Source of the DNA: Nitrospirales bacterium
GTDB taxonomy: Bacteria > Nitrospirota > Nitrospiria > Nitrospirales > UBA8639
NCBI GenBank assembly: GCA_965223295.1
Contig: CBDCWC010000002.1
Span: forward strand, 544,001-608,000
Length of the DNA stretch: 64,000 nt
Direction of reading: 5' to 3'
In this document: piece after piece, positions 10,494 to 19,557 of the stretch
Position numbering within the stretch: position 1 is the first letter of the stretch
How the letters are laid out: each line of letters starts with the position of its first letter
Notes under the pieces: model-generated
Databases searched by the model: none
What the model was told of the DNA's origin: nothing
What the model saw: the letters and a program-made list of their open reading frames with translations, nothing else
Position numbers and translations under genes: made by a program

Positions 10494-12137
10494 ATGAAAT
10501 CCTCATCGACTCGGCACATCTCAAAACACACCAGTAAAAAGGTAAAAACGCAGGTCATTTTTCCTGATCCAACTCCAATCCTCCTGGCCTCTGATCTTGC
10601 TCCACAAAAGGTCGCACAGTTGCTACAAGCTTTCGGGATTCAGGATTGGAAACGGGCCGATTTGAATCTTCAAGCGATGGCCGGCGAACCGAATACACGC
10701 AAGATCTTAGCAGATTTTCTTCCTTCTCTTTTGGCGACCGTGGCGAAGACCGCTGACCCTGATCAAGCTTTGAATGAATGGGAACGGTATGTGGATTCTG
10801 GCATTCACCGCCTCCAATTGTTTCAGTATTTGATAGCGGTCCCTCATCTTGTTGAGGTGTTAGGGACGGTGTTTGGCAACAGTCAAGCGATGGCACAGAC
10901 GCTCATCCGAGATCCACTCTTAGTGTATTGGATTGAAGATGACCGAGTCTTAGTCCGACGGCAAACACGATCAAATTTGTCAGGGTCGATACAAACGGTA
11001 CTGGCAGGAGTGAAGAGCTTTGAGGGTAAATGCGAAGCCTTGAGACGATTCAAACGACGGGCAATGCTTCGCCTTGGCATTCGTGATCTGCTTGGTATTG
11101 CTACTCCCATTGAAACGTATACAGCACTATCGGATGTAGCCGCAGGGGTGATTCAGGCCGCGTATGAACTTGTGGAGCAAGAGCTCCAGCGGCAGCATGG
11201 GGACTGGGGGGAGCAAACCCCTATGAAAAGGAAAAAACGAATAGGTTTTTCTGTGCTGGCCATGGGAAAACTTGGTGGGTGGGAATTAAATTATAGTTCA
11301 GATGTTGATCTGATTTATGTCTATCAGGCTCCAGAAAGCAATACGAACGCAGGAATAGGGCAGCGGTCTCTCTTAGGTTCAGATTATTTTCATGCTGTAG
11401 CCAGAGAACTGACGAATGTGTTGTCTGCTTCAACGGCCGAGGGAGCTTTGTTTCGAGTAGATATGCGTTTGCGTCCGGAAGGGCAGGTCGGGGCATTAGC
11501 CTGTTCGGTAGAAGATGCCTGTCATTATTATCAAACACGGGGGCGAACTTGGGAACGTTTAGCATTCTTAAAGGCCAAGCCTATTGCAGGGGATATTCGA
11601 ATAGGGCAATCACTCATCCGAAAATTGGGAAAATTTGTGTATGGAGGCCCTGACACCGCTCCTCAGGTCTTCTCAGAGATTCGTGTTCTTCGTTCTCAAA
11701 TGGTGTCCAAAATGACTCGTAAAGGAGAGCTGCAACGCAATGTAAAGTTAGGCACGGGCGGTATTCGGGAAATTGAGTTTATCGTGCAAAGTCTTCAGTT
11801 GCGGTGGGGCTATCGGTATAGCAGTATTCGTGACAGGCAAACGCTCAAAAGTTTATTGAAGTTGGTGAAGGTTGGAAAACTGAAAACGGAGGTCTTTCAG
11901 CAATTGAAGGAGTCTTATATATTTTTGCGAAATCTTGAGACAAAAATTCAAATGGTTCACGAGATTCAAACGCACTTGTTACCTGCGAAAATTGAAGAGA
12001 TCGCTAAATGTGCCATTCGAGTGGGCTACCCCAAAGAAGATAACGTCAAACAGACCGCTGAGCATTTACTGATAGATTACCGTGGGCATACCCTAAGAGT
12101 TCACCAGCTTTACCGACAAATTGTCAAAGCGTCTTAG
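10494..12137 (+). CDS. glnE: GlnE half-protein: adenylyl-removing (AR)-type nucleotidyltransferase domain
   Basis: AMGKLGGWELNYSSDVDLIY, FRVDMRLRPEG, GRTWERLAFLKAKP and NVKLGTGGIREIEF; only one NT domain. Confidence 0.85.
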   Translation: MKSSSTRHISKHTSKKVKTQVIFPDPTPILLASDLAPQKVAQLLQAFGIQDWKRADLNLQAMAGEPNTRKILADFLPSLLATVAKTADPDQALNEWERYVDSGIHRLQLFQYLIAVPHLVEVLGTVFGNSQAMAQTLIRDPLLVYWIEDDRVLVRRQTRSNLSGSIQTVLAGVKSFEGKCEALRRFKRRAMLRLGIRDLLGIATPIETYTALSDVAAGVIQAAYELVEQELQRQHGDWGEQTPMKRKKRIGFSVLAMGKLGGWELNYSSDVDLIYVYQAPESNTNAGIGQRSLLGSDYFHAVARELTNVLSASTAEGALFRVDMRLRPEGQVGALACSVEDACHYYQTRGRTWERLAFLKAKPIAGDIRIGQSLIRKLGKFVYGGPDTAPQVFSEIRVLRSQMVSKMTRKGELQRNVKLGTGGIREIEFIVQSLQLRWGYRYSSIRDRQTLKSLLKLVKVGKLKTEVFQQLKESYIFLRNLETKIQMVHEIQTHLLPAKIEEIAKCAIRVGYPKEDNVKQTAEHLLIDYRGHTLRVHQLYRQIVKAS

Positions 12138-12375
12138 ACCGATTCATTCGCAATTACATATTGGGGTCGTTTTAAGTGCGCTGTACTCAACGACAGCTTT
12201 CGACCTATAGCGGACACAATTAGGAGTAATAAAAGTGCGCCGATCCCGCTGTATTCCGATTGTTCTAGCATCTGTTGCCTCTCGTTTGTGGTTCTTCTCA
12301 TCAGTTGATTTCGCTTTAGAAAGTTCTCATCGTAGCTAATGAACAGCAAATCCTTGAATCTGCCGATGAGGAGGC

Positions 12376-12753
12376 ATGTATTGGAAGGGATATAGCTGGA
12401 GCCTATTGGGTATTCTTAGCGTTCTCATGGCGATTTGCTTCGACCGTTCACCTGAGCATATTTTCACCTGGCTCAACGGGTTAATGGCCTTGCTGTGGAT
12501 CTTTGGACTTTGCGGAATCTTTGCATTTGCTTATGGGATTGAACTATCCACTTCGTCTTTCTGGAAATATATCTTTTGGGGGTTTATGGTCCGTGAGGGT
12601 ATTGTGACGTGGTTATGTTCCACTCCTGATGTGTGGAATACATGGAACACTGGAATATTCTTTGTGGAAACAATCCTGTCGTTAATGATGTTTTTCCCTT
12701 TGTATTTAGCACTGTATAAGATGGCCTACGCGAATGACCACGATGGTCAATAA
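12376..12753 (+). CDS. Orphan small multi-pass membrane protein
   Basis: GAGGAGG RBS; several hydrophobic segments; FWKYIFW and PLYLALYKMAY. Confidence 0.6.
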   Translation: MYWKGYSWSLLGILSVLMAICFDRSPEHIFTWLNGLMALLWIFGLCGIFAFAYGIELSTSSFWKYIFWGFMVREGIVTWLCSTPDVWNTWNTGIFFVETILSLMMFFPLYLALYKMAYANDHDGQ

Positions 12754-12774
12754 TCCGAAGAATGATAGTGTGGA

Positions 12775-13014
12775 ATGTGTGGAGCCACTGGGGTGAGGAA
12801 GCGCAGCATTAACATCCCATTGTTAGCCTTCAGTCTCCTTATGATTGGAGCTGATATTTATGCCGTGAACATCGAAGAGTTGACGCTTTACTCCAGTAGA
12901 CCCTATGCCACCCAATGGTGGACGATTGCCAATCCTTATAAAGACATATTGGGATGGATCTTGCTCTTAGTAGGTAGCTATTTTTGCTATCGTTCAGTAT
13001 ATAAAATTAACTAA
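12775..13014 (+). CDS. Orphan small membrane protein (2 TM)
   Basis: Two hydrophobic segments; start uncertain. Confidence 0.4.
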   Translation: MCGATGVRKRSINIPLLAFSLLMIGADIYAVNIEELTLYSSRPYATQWWTIANPYKDILGWILLLVGSYFCYRSVYKIN

Positions 13015-13234
13015 GGGTATTGGGGCAATATGTCTACCGTTCCACCGAAGGCATTCTGCGCAATGAGATTACAAAATTACGCGCGAAGCTCGAAAGTGCG
13101 AATGTGAATAGCAATATGCTTACCATGGAAGTGAAGCCTTAAAGGGGAGTAAGCCGTCTACTCAACATTTTCGAGACTTCCCCTTTCGATCCAAAGAGTG
13201 ACTTTCACATGGGAGTTCGATTTGCGAATATAGT

Positions 13235-13495
13235 GTGATGAGGCTTCGCGGAAAAATCGAAATCGTTGCCGCTGTCGGTTTGTTGCTCGTAGCTCTCGAC
13301 GGATATCTATGGGTCATTTCGTCGTCTCACTTAGCACACCAATTCTGCCAGGGTGATTTTTCATTGTTTCATGAGCACTTTCGCTGCCGACAGCCTTACC
13401 TCGGGCTGGTACTGAGTATTGCTGCATGTCTACCATCCTTCGTGCTGTTCGTAATTGGCTGGCGACATTTGAAGTTGGCGAGAAGAAACGGATGA
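13235..13495 (+). CDS. Orphan small membrane protein (2 TM, Cys pair in loop)
   Basis: TM-(HQFC...HFRCRQP)-TM; flanked on both sides by the ~29-bp motif. Confidence 0.55.
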   Translation: MMRLRGKIEIVAAVGLLLVALDGYLWVISSSHLAHQFCQGDFSLFHEHFRCRQPYLGLVLSIAACLPSFVLFVIGWRHLKLARRNG

Positions 13496-13716
13496 ATGAC
13501 TACTTCTGGTCGATGCCGGACATTTGGACTGCACCAAAAGGTTCCCTTTTATATTCTCGGTTTTAACCCAACCCTCACTTTCTGGCCGAGCATTAGCTGC
13601 CTTTTCCTCATCGTTGAGCCCAATGAACGTCCTTCCAATTTCCGTCCGACCAATCCTCTGCTGGAAGATTTTGAATATTTGTGTTTGATCATATAGGTAA
13701 AAATTTTAAACAAGGA

Positions 13717-13744
13717 CTTGAAATCTATAAAAAAATGGTTATCT
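13717..13744 (+). promoter_or_regulatory. Putative RpoH-type promoter of clpB
   Basis: CTTG-N17-GTTATCT; same architecture as the site upstream of groES. Confidence 0.6.
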
Positions 13745-13843
13745 CGGTGGTAGATCATAAGAAGGGAAGATTGAGATGTCCATCGAGTGATTGAAGAAGT
13801 TTTGTGAATAAAAAAAGACGAAAATAAAGAAAGAGGTGCTCCA

Positions 13844-16444
13844 ATGAATCCTAATGAAATGACGATAAAGCTCCAAGAAGCCTTACAAACCGCCTCGGGG
13901 TTGGCGATGCGGCGGAATCATCAGGGCATCGACGTTGAACATTTGTTGGTTGCCTTATTGGAGCAAGCTGATGGTTCGACCATACCGATTCTTGAGCAGG
14001 CAGGAGTCTCTCCAAAATCTGTCGGTAATGCAGCAGAACAAGCCCTTCAAAAAATTCCTCAAGTTCAGGTCAGTGGCTCGGCGCCTGGTCAAGTCCATTT
14101 GACGCCCAGACTCGGCAACGTTTTGAGCCAGGCCGAAAAAGAAATGAAGGAGCTTAAAGATGAATACCTCAGCGTAGAACACATCTTGTTGGCTATGGTT
14201 GAAGAAGGCGGTGTATTTAAAGCCTTAGGGCTCAAGCGGGAAAAACTATTAGCGGGTCTTCAGCATGTGCGAGGCAATCAACGCGTAACAAGTCAAGACC
14301 CTGAAGGCACCTACCAATCTTTAGAGAAGTATGGACGAGATCTTACGCGATTGGCCAGTCAAGGGAAGTTGGATCCTGTCATTGGCCGTGATGAAGAAAT
14401 TCGTCGAGTGATTCAAATCTTGTCCCGGCGTACCAAGAATAATCCAGTCTTAATCGGTGAACCTGGCGTAGGGAAGACGGCGATTGTTGAAGGTTTGGCC
14501 CAGCGAATTATCAAAGGTGATGTTCCTGAGGGCCTGAAACAAAAACGTGTCGTGGTCTTGGATATGGGAGCTTTGGTAGCAGGTGCAAAGTTTCGAGGAG
14601 AATTTGAAGAACGTTTGAAAGCCGTGCTGAAGGAAGTGCAAGCTTCGCAAGGCCAAGTGTTACTCTTTATTGATGAATTGCATACCGTGGTCGGAGCTGG
14701 TGCAGCGGAAGGAGCCATGGATGCTGCTAACCTTTTAAAGCCCATGCTCGCTCGTGGCGAAATGCATTTAATTGGGGCGACTACTTTAGATGAATACCGT
14801 AAGCATATTGAAAAAGACGCGGCGTTGGAGCGGAGGTTTCAGCCGGTTGTGGTCGATCAACCTTCGGTAGAAGACACCATTTCAATTTTACGGGGCTTGA
14901 GAGAGCGCTATGAAGTGCATCACGGGGTACGTATCAAGGATTCGGCGTTGGTCGCCGCGGCCAGGTTGTCTCATCGATATATCAGTGACCGATTTTTGCC
15001 AGATAAGGCCATCGATTTGATTGATGAATCGGCGGCTCGATTAAGAACGGAGATCGATAGCATGCCAGCTGAGATGGATGAGATCTCCCGAAAAGTGTTG
15101 CAGCTAGAAATTGAACGAGAAGCCTTAAAAAAGGAAACAGATTCTGGAAGCCAGACGCGTTTAGCGAATTTAGAACAAGAACTCGATAGTAAACAACAGA
15201 CCTTGGCTGACCTGAAGGCTCAATGGGATGCTGAGAAATCTTCAGTCGGCAAACTACAAGAGTTGCGGCAGTCCATTGAAGAAATAAAGCAGAGCATTGA
15301 ACAGGCTGAACGAAACTATGACCTCAACAAAGTAGCAGAATTGCGGTATGGAGAATTGCCGCGTTTAGAAAAGGAAATGCAGGAAGAGGAAGAGCGCCTG
15401 ACCAATAAAAATCAGGAAAATCGCTTGTTGAAAGAGGAAGTCGACGAAGAAGATATTGCCGAAGTCGTGAGTCGTTGGACAGGTATTCCGATGAATCGTC
15501 TGATGCAGGGGGAGATAGAAAAGCTCCTTCATTTAGACGACCATTTACATCAACGTGTCGTAGGTCAAGACGAAGCCGTCCGAGCTGTGGCGGATGCCGT
15601 ATTACGCGCCAGATCTGGCATAAAAGACCCGAATCGCCCCATTGGCTCCTTTTTATTCCTAGGTCCGACTGGAGTAGGGAAGACGGAGTTGGCGCGTTCG
15701 CTTGCCCATACACTTTTTGATGATGAATCTAATTTGGTGCGGATCGACATGTCCGAATATATGGAAAAACATACGGTGGCCAGATTGATCGGCGCACCTC
15801 CAGGGTATGTGGGCTATGAAGAAGGCGGCCAGTTGACCGAAGCCGTTCGACGGAAACCCTTCTCAGTCATTTTGTTTGATGAAATCGAGAAAGCGCATAA
15901 TGATGTATTTAATGTGCTACTTCAAGTTTTGGATGATGGGCGTTTGACAGATTCTCAAGGACGAACAGTGGACTTTAAAAATACCGTGCTCATCATGACA
16001 TCTAATTTAGGCAGTCAAGAGATTTTGGAAGCGCAGCAGCGTGATATGGATTATGAAGGAATCCGCGCAGTGGTGCTTCGAGAAATCCAACAACATTTCC
16101 GCCCGGAATTCTTAAATCGAGTTGACGAAGTCGTCGTCTTCCATCCCTTGACACAGAAAGAGTTGGGACCAATCGTAGAAATTCAATTAGAGCGATTACG
16201 ATCTCGTTTGGCAGATCGGCAGATGACCTTAGAGCTGACTCCGGCAGCGGTCGCAGAATTGGCCGAGCGAGGATATGACTCGGTCTATGGTGCCAGACCC
16301 TTGAAACGGTTGATCCAACAGGAGATCGAGACGCCCCTGTCGCGCCTGATTATTCAAGGCAAAGTTGTGGATGGTCAAACCATCATAGGCGATCTCATCG
16401 ATAGCAAGTTTGTGCTGCACGCCAAAGAGACCACTGAAACATAA
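13844..16444 (+). CDS. clpB: ATP-dependent chaperone ClpB
   Basis: Two AAA+ modules ([16 protein letters not shown]), coiled-coil middle domain, [12 protein letters not shown]; 866 aa. Confidence 0.98.
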   Translation: MNPNEMTIKLQEALQTASGLAMRRNHQGIDVEHLLVALLEQADGSTIPILEQAGVSPKSVGNAAEQALQKIPQVQVSGSAPGQVHLTPRLGNVLSQAEKEMKELKDEYLSVEHILLAMVEEGGVFKALGLKREKLLAGLQHVRGNQRVTSQDPEGTYQSLEKYGRDLTRLASQGKLDPVIGRDEEIRRVIQILSRRTKNNPVLIGEPGVGKTAIVEGLAQRIIKGDVPEGLKQKRVVVLDMGALVAGAKFRGEFEERLKAVLKEVQASQGQVLLFIDELHTVVGAGAAEGAMDAANLLKPMLARGEMHLIGATTLDEYRKHIEKDAALERRFQPVVVDQPSVEDTISILRGLRERYEVHHGVRIKDSALVAAARLSHRYISDRFLPDKAIDLIDESAARLRTEIDSMPAEMDEISRKVLQLEIEREALKKETDSGSQTRLANLEQELDSKQQTLADLKAQWDAEKSSVGKLQELRQSIEEIKQSIEQAERNYDLNKVAELRYGELPRLEKEMQEEEERLTNKNQENRLLKEEVDEEDIAEVVSRWTGIPMNRLMQGEIEKLLHLDDHLHQRVVGQDEAVRAVADAVLRARSGIKDPNRPIGSFLFLGPTGVGKTELARSLAHTLFDDESNLVRIDMSEYMEKHTVARLIGAPPGYVGYEEGGQLTEAVRRKPFSVILFDEIEKAHNDVFNVLLQVLDDGRLTDSQGRTVDFKNTVLIMTSNLGSQEILEAQQRDMDYEGIRAVVLREIQQHFRPEFLNRVDEVVVFHPLTQKELGPIVEIQLERLRSRLADRQMTLELTPAAVAELAERGYDSVYGARPLKRLIQQEIETPLSRLIIQGKVVDGQTIIGDLIDSKFVLHAKETTET

Positions 16445-16620
16445 AACCTTAACGATTTCAGGCTCAGCGTCAGTAGAAGCTTATCAAGCCGCCTTACGGT
16501 CACTGACATATGAAAATCGTTCACCGGCACCGACCGTCGCTCCGCGTGTGATCACGGTCCTGACTTCCGACGGCATGCTCACGAGCCAACCGTTCACGAC
16601 AAGAGTCATGATTGAAGGAT
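16443..16620 (+). pseudogene. Relic fragment of a cadherin-like adhesin repeat
   Basis: [44 protein letters not shown] resembles repeats of large secreted adhesins; no credible start or RBS. Confidence 0.65.
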
Positions 16621-16702
16621 TTCATGCTACCCAACAGATTGTGAAAAATACAGGATTTTTGTTGATACAGTTCTACGAAGTTGATAGAAGACTCAACCTT
16701 GC

Positions 16703-16766
16703 AAGCTTCCCTTTCTTCGAGAGAAGTTCCTTCTTTAACAAAGGAGGAGGGGAAGATGGGAAGCTT
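16703..16766. terminator. Nested inverted repeat between clpB region and convergent protease gene
   Basis: Outer AAGCTTCCCTTTCTTC / GAAGATGGGAAGCTT; inner TCCTTCTTT-AAC-AAAGGAGGA. Confidence 0.5.
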
Positions 16767-17868
16767 AATTAACAGCTTGGAGAGTGATGGTAACAGTGCG
16801 TTTTTTGTTATTACGGCGAAGCCCAACTTTGATTCTGTCACCAACATTGTGACGATCCAATATAGTCGCGAGATCGTCGAAATTGTTCACTGGAGCGCCA
16901 TCTATTGAAACAATGATGTCTCCTAATCGAATTCTTCCAGAGCGAAGTTCTTCGAGACTTTTCAAGCCTGCTTTTTCTGCCACGCTGCCCGGTAGGACAC
17001 GGGCGATGATGATTCCTTTGACTCCCCAACGATTGGCAATGGAGTCTGGTATGAGAGAAATGCCCAGGCCGGGTCGAATGACTTTTCCATATTGAATGAG
17101 TTGCGGCACGATGCGCTTGACGATGCCGACAGGTACCGCAAAGCCAATTCCTGCAAAAGCTCCGCTAGGACTCATAATTTGGGTGTTGACGCCAATCAGT
17201 TTTCCCGAACTATTGAGGAGTGGGCCACCGGAATTGCCGGGATTGATTGCAGCATCGGTTTGAATCGCACCTTCAATAGTACGATTGTTTACCGATTTAA
17301 TAGAGCGGCCTAGGGCACTAACCACTCCTGTGGTTAGAGTATGATCCAGCCCAAATGGATTCCCTATGGCTAAAACTTGTTGGCCCACGAGCAGATCGAT
17401 TGAGTTACCAATGTCGAGGGGTGTGAGTTGATTTTTAGGAACCTTGATCTGTAAGACCGCTAAATCGTGATCGGGATCTGCGCCAATGACTCGAGCGGCA
17501 TGTGTGGATTGATCGTCTAGAATGACTTGAATAGAATCGGCCCCATAGACAACATGATAATTTGTGACAATGTGCCCTCGAGTGTTCCAAATAAATCCAG
17601 AACCAGAACCTTGAGGTACTTCAAATGTATTTAAAGACCAGAAATCCCTTCGAAGGGCGGTGTTGGTAATATACACAACCGACTTTGCGGCTTTTTCAAA
17701 GACGGCAATCGTATTGCGTTCTTCGGTGCTCAGCGATTGATTGGCAGCCAAGTGCACAACGGAGGAAAGCTCTTTATCCAGTATTGAAGGTGTTTTAGCA
17801 TTGGCGGGGAAGCATATAAATCCCATAAAGAGGATAAGAATATAACATTGGGGAGTTGGAGTATTCAT
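16765..17868 (-). CDS. HtrA/DegP-family serine protease with one PDZ domain
   Basis: GSGSGF, IVTNYHVV, DLAVL, IQTDAAINPGNSGGPL; signal peptide. Confidence 0.93.
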   Translation of the reverse strand: MNTPTPQCYILILFMGFICFPANAKTPSILDKELSSVVHLAANQSLSTEERNTIAVFEKAAKSVVYITNTALRRDFWSLNTFEVPQGSGSGFIWNTRGHIVTNYHVVYGADSIQVILDDQSTHAARVIGADPDHDLAVLQIKVPKNQLTPLDIGNSIDLLVGQQVLAIGNPFGLDHTLTTGVVSALGRSIKSVNNRTIEGAIQTDAAINPGNSGGPLLNSSGKLIGVNTQIMSPSGAFAGIGFAVPVGIVKRIVPQLIQYGKVIRPGLGISLIPDSIANRWGVKGIIIARVLPGSVAEKAGLKSLEELRSGRIRLGDIIVSIDGAPVNNFDDLATILDRHNVGDRIKVGLRRNNKKRTVTITLQAVN

Positions 17869-17936
17869 AGTAAGGGTTGCGTGAAACTGAGGTAGAAAAT
17901 GTGATCGGGTGCGAGTGTTAAACGATTTTCTTTTTG

Positions 17937-18359
17937 TCAGCCTCCCATGACCTGTATGACGAGTTCCCGGGTGCGCGCACGGGTATCAAAATCAATTAAC
18001 ACAATCTGTTGCCAGGTGCCTAATGTCAGCGATCCTTGAACAATGGGAATGGTGAGGGAAGGGCCTTGCAATTGCCCGCGCAAATGGGAATGGCCATTGT
18101 CTTCTCCGTGATTCTGAACATTATGCTCCCATTCGTTTTTGGGGGGAATGAGGTTAGTCCAAAAGTTTTTCGTGTCCGCTCGGATGCCTGGTTCGTCTTC
18201 GATAATCATAACGCTCGCAGTGGTATGTTTCACAAATACTGTCAAGGTTCCATTTAATATACATGATTTCTTGAGTATGTTGTTCATCATGAGAGTGAGA
18301 TTCTCTATAGAAGAATCCCCTTGCATGGCAATTTGTAGAGAATGAGTTTTAACCGTCAT
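17937..18359 (-). CDS. yjbQ: YjbQ/UPF0047 family protein
   Basis: HTTASV, DNGHSHLR and LGTWQQIVLIDFD motifs. Confidence 0.9.
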   Translation of the reverse strand: MTVKTHSLQIAMQGDSSIENLTLMMNNILKKSCILNGTLTVFVKHTTASVMIIEDEPGIRADTKNFWTNLIPPKNEWEHNVQNHGEDNGHSHLRGQLQGPSLTIPIVQGSLTLGTWQQIVLIDFDTRARTRELVIQVMGG

Positions 18360-18365
18360 GATACT

Positions 18366-19220
18366 TTAGGCCGCTACCGAGGTCAGATAGCGTTGCTCGG
18401 CAGTCGAAAGTTTTCCGCCGCGGGATTGTCGCAATGTCGTGGTAAAGCATCCTTCACGGGTTAACTGACAAATGGTTGCTAATACCTCTCGACTGATGAT
18501 GTTTTGTTTGGTGAGTTGACGGAGATAGGTAAATGCCGTCTGAAAACTCTCTTCGGACCGGGCATAATAATCTTTCCCACGTCGATGATTGCTATAGGCT
18601 TCGAGCTGTTCGCAGGCGACGAGGATCTCTCCCAATTGATGCATCCAAGCTGGGGCCGTATCTAATTTTTCTGGGTAATAGTAATACAACATAATCCGTT
18701 CCATCCAGGGGGCCCATGTGATGTTCAGAGTTGGTAATAGAGTTTTGACCGGACGAAGACATTTCTTGAGTCTCCTGGCAAAGCCCAAGCGCATGTCAAT
18801 ATGGTCTTTGACTGCTGCGGTGATAGGGAGCCCGAGTTTCATCAGCTCGTTCTTATAGCGTAAGATAAAGGCTTGTGATTCTTGCCCATATGGTGTCTGG
18901 GGATATTTCGCCCGCCATTCTCGTGGTCTTGTGGGTATACCTTTTTGCTTCGCCCATGACCAAATAGTGCCAAAAACTTTTGGGTCCAGGCCAGCTCGTC
19001 CCATATCATGTAGCAGACAGGCAACTTCAAATTGTTTAAGCCGAGAGAGCGGATGGCCTAATGTCTCGGCAACGGGTACACACATGCGAGCAGTGCGATG
19101 GGCATGGGCCTTATCATAGCCTGAAAGCATTTTTTCAGGATTAACTGGATGTGGTACATCATATAATGTCAGGAGGGATGAAACCTGAAATCTTGTGAGA
19201 AAGGTGTGCGATGGCTTCAA
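18366..19220 (-). CDS. HD-domain protein, unknown function
   Basis: H...ACLLHDMGR motif; TTG start uncertain; 6-nt gap to yjbQ. Confidence 0.7.
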   Translation of the reverse strand: MKPSHTFLTRFQVSSLLTLYDVPHPVNPEKMLSGYDKAHAHRTARMCVPVAETLGHPLSRLKQFEVACLLHDMGRAGLDPKVFGTIWSWAKQKGIPTRPREWRAKYPQTPYGQESQAFILRYKNELMKLGLPITAAVKDHIDMRLGFARRLKKCLRPVKTLLPTLNITWAPWMERIMLYYYYPEKLDTAPAWMHQLGEILVACEQLEAYSNHRRGKDYYARSEESFQTAFTYLRQLTKQNIISREVLATICQLTREGCFTTTLRQSRGGKLSTAEQRYLTSVAA

Positions 19221-19391
19221 GGCTGAGCAAGGCTTTAATCTAGGGTGAGGAATTCTGTGGATTAAAAGATTCAGGTATAGCCAATCTATGGTACTCTTCT
19301 AGAGTATCTCACCTTTGCTGAAAGGGTCAATCAATCTTTACTCACAGTGAAGATGTTTTGTGAAGATAAAGCACTTCGCCTATTCGTCTAG

Positions 19392-19406
19392 TACATACTG
19401 TATGTA
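19392..19406. promoter_or_regulatory. Palindromic putative operator
   Basis: TACATAC-T-GTATGTA in the divergent intergenic region. Confidence 0.35.
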
Positions 19407-19557
19407 TGAGCTATCGACGTTGAGTTGGAAGTACTGCCCCATCTTTTTATCTTTGAATTAAAATTCAGTAAGATACTCAAGCGAAATCTGTCGTACTAAT
19501 GTTTCAGGCTTTTCTCAACTGCCGTATTAATCGTCATGGCATAGTGGAGTTTATGGC

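Larger units (their letters stand above)
12189..13524 (+). repeat. Dispersed degenerate ~29-bp motif at small-ORF boundaries
   Basis: Best copies 12189-12217 and 13495-13523 share 18/29 ungapped identities. Weaker copies near 12339, 12733, 13029 and 13176. Confidence 0.5.

Noticed and set aside
12160-13524. Classical integron (attC array) or CRISPR array
   Set aside because: No attC core/inverse-core pairs and no integrase were seen; the repeats are too divergent and irregularly spaced for CRISPR.
16430-16450. Programmed +1 frameshift fusing ClpB to the adhesin-like fragment
   Set aside because: ClpB is full length, and no convincing slippery site or stimulatory structure is present.
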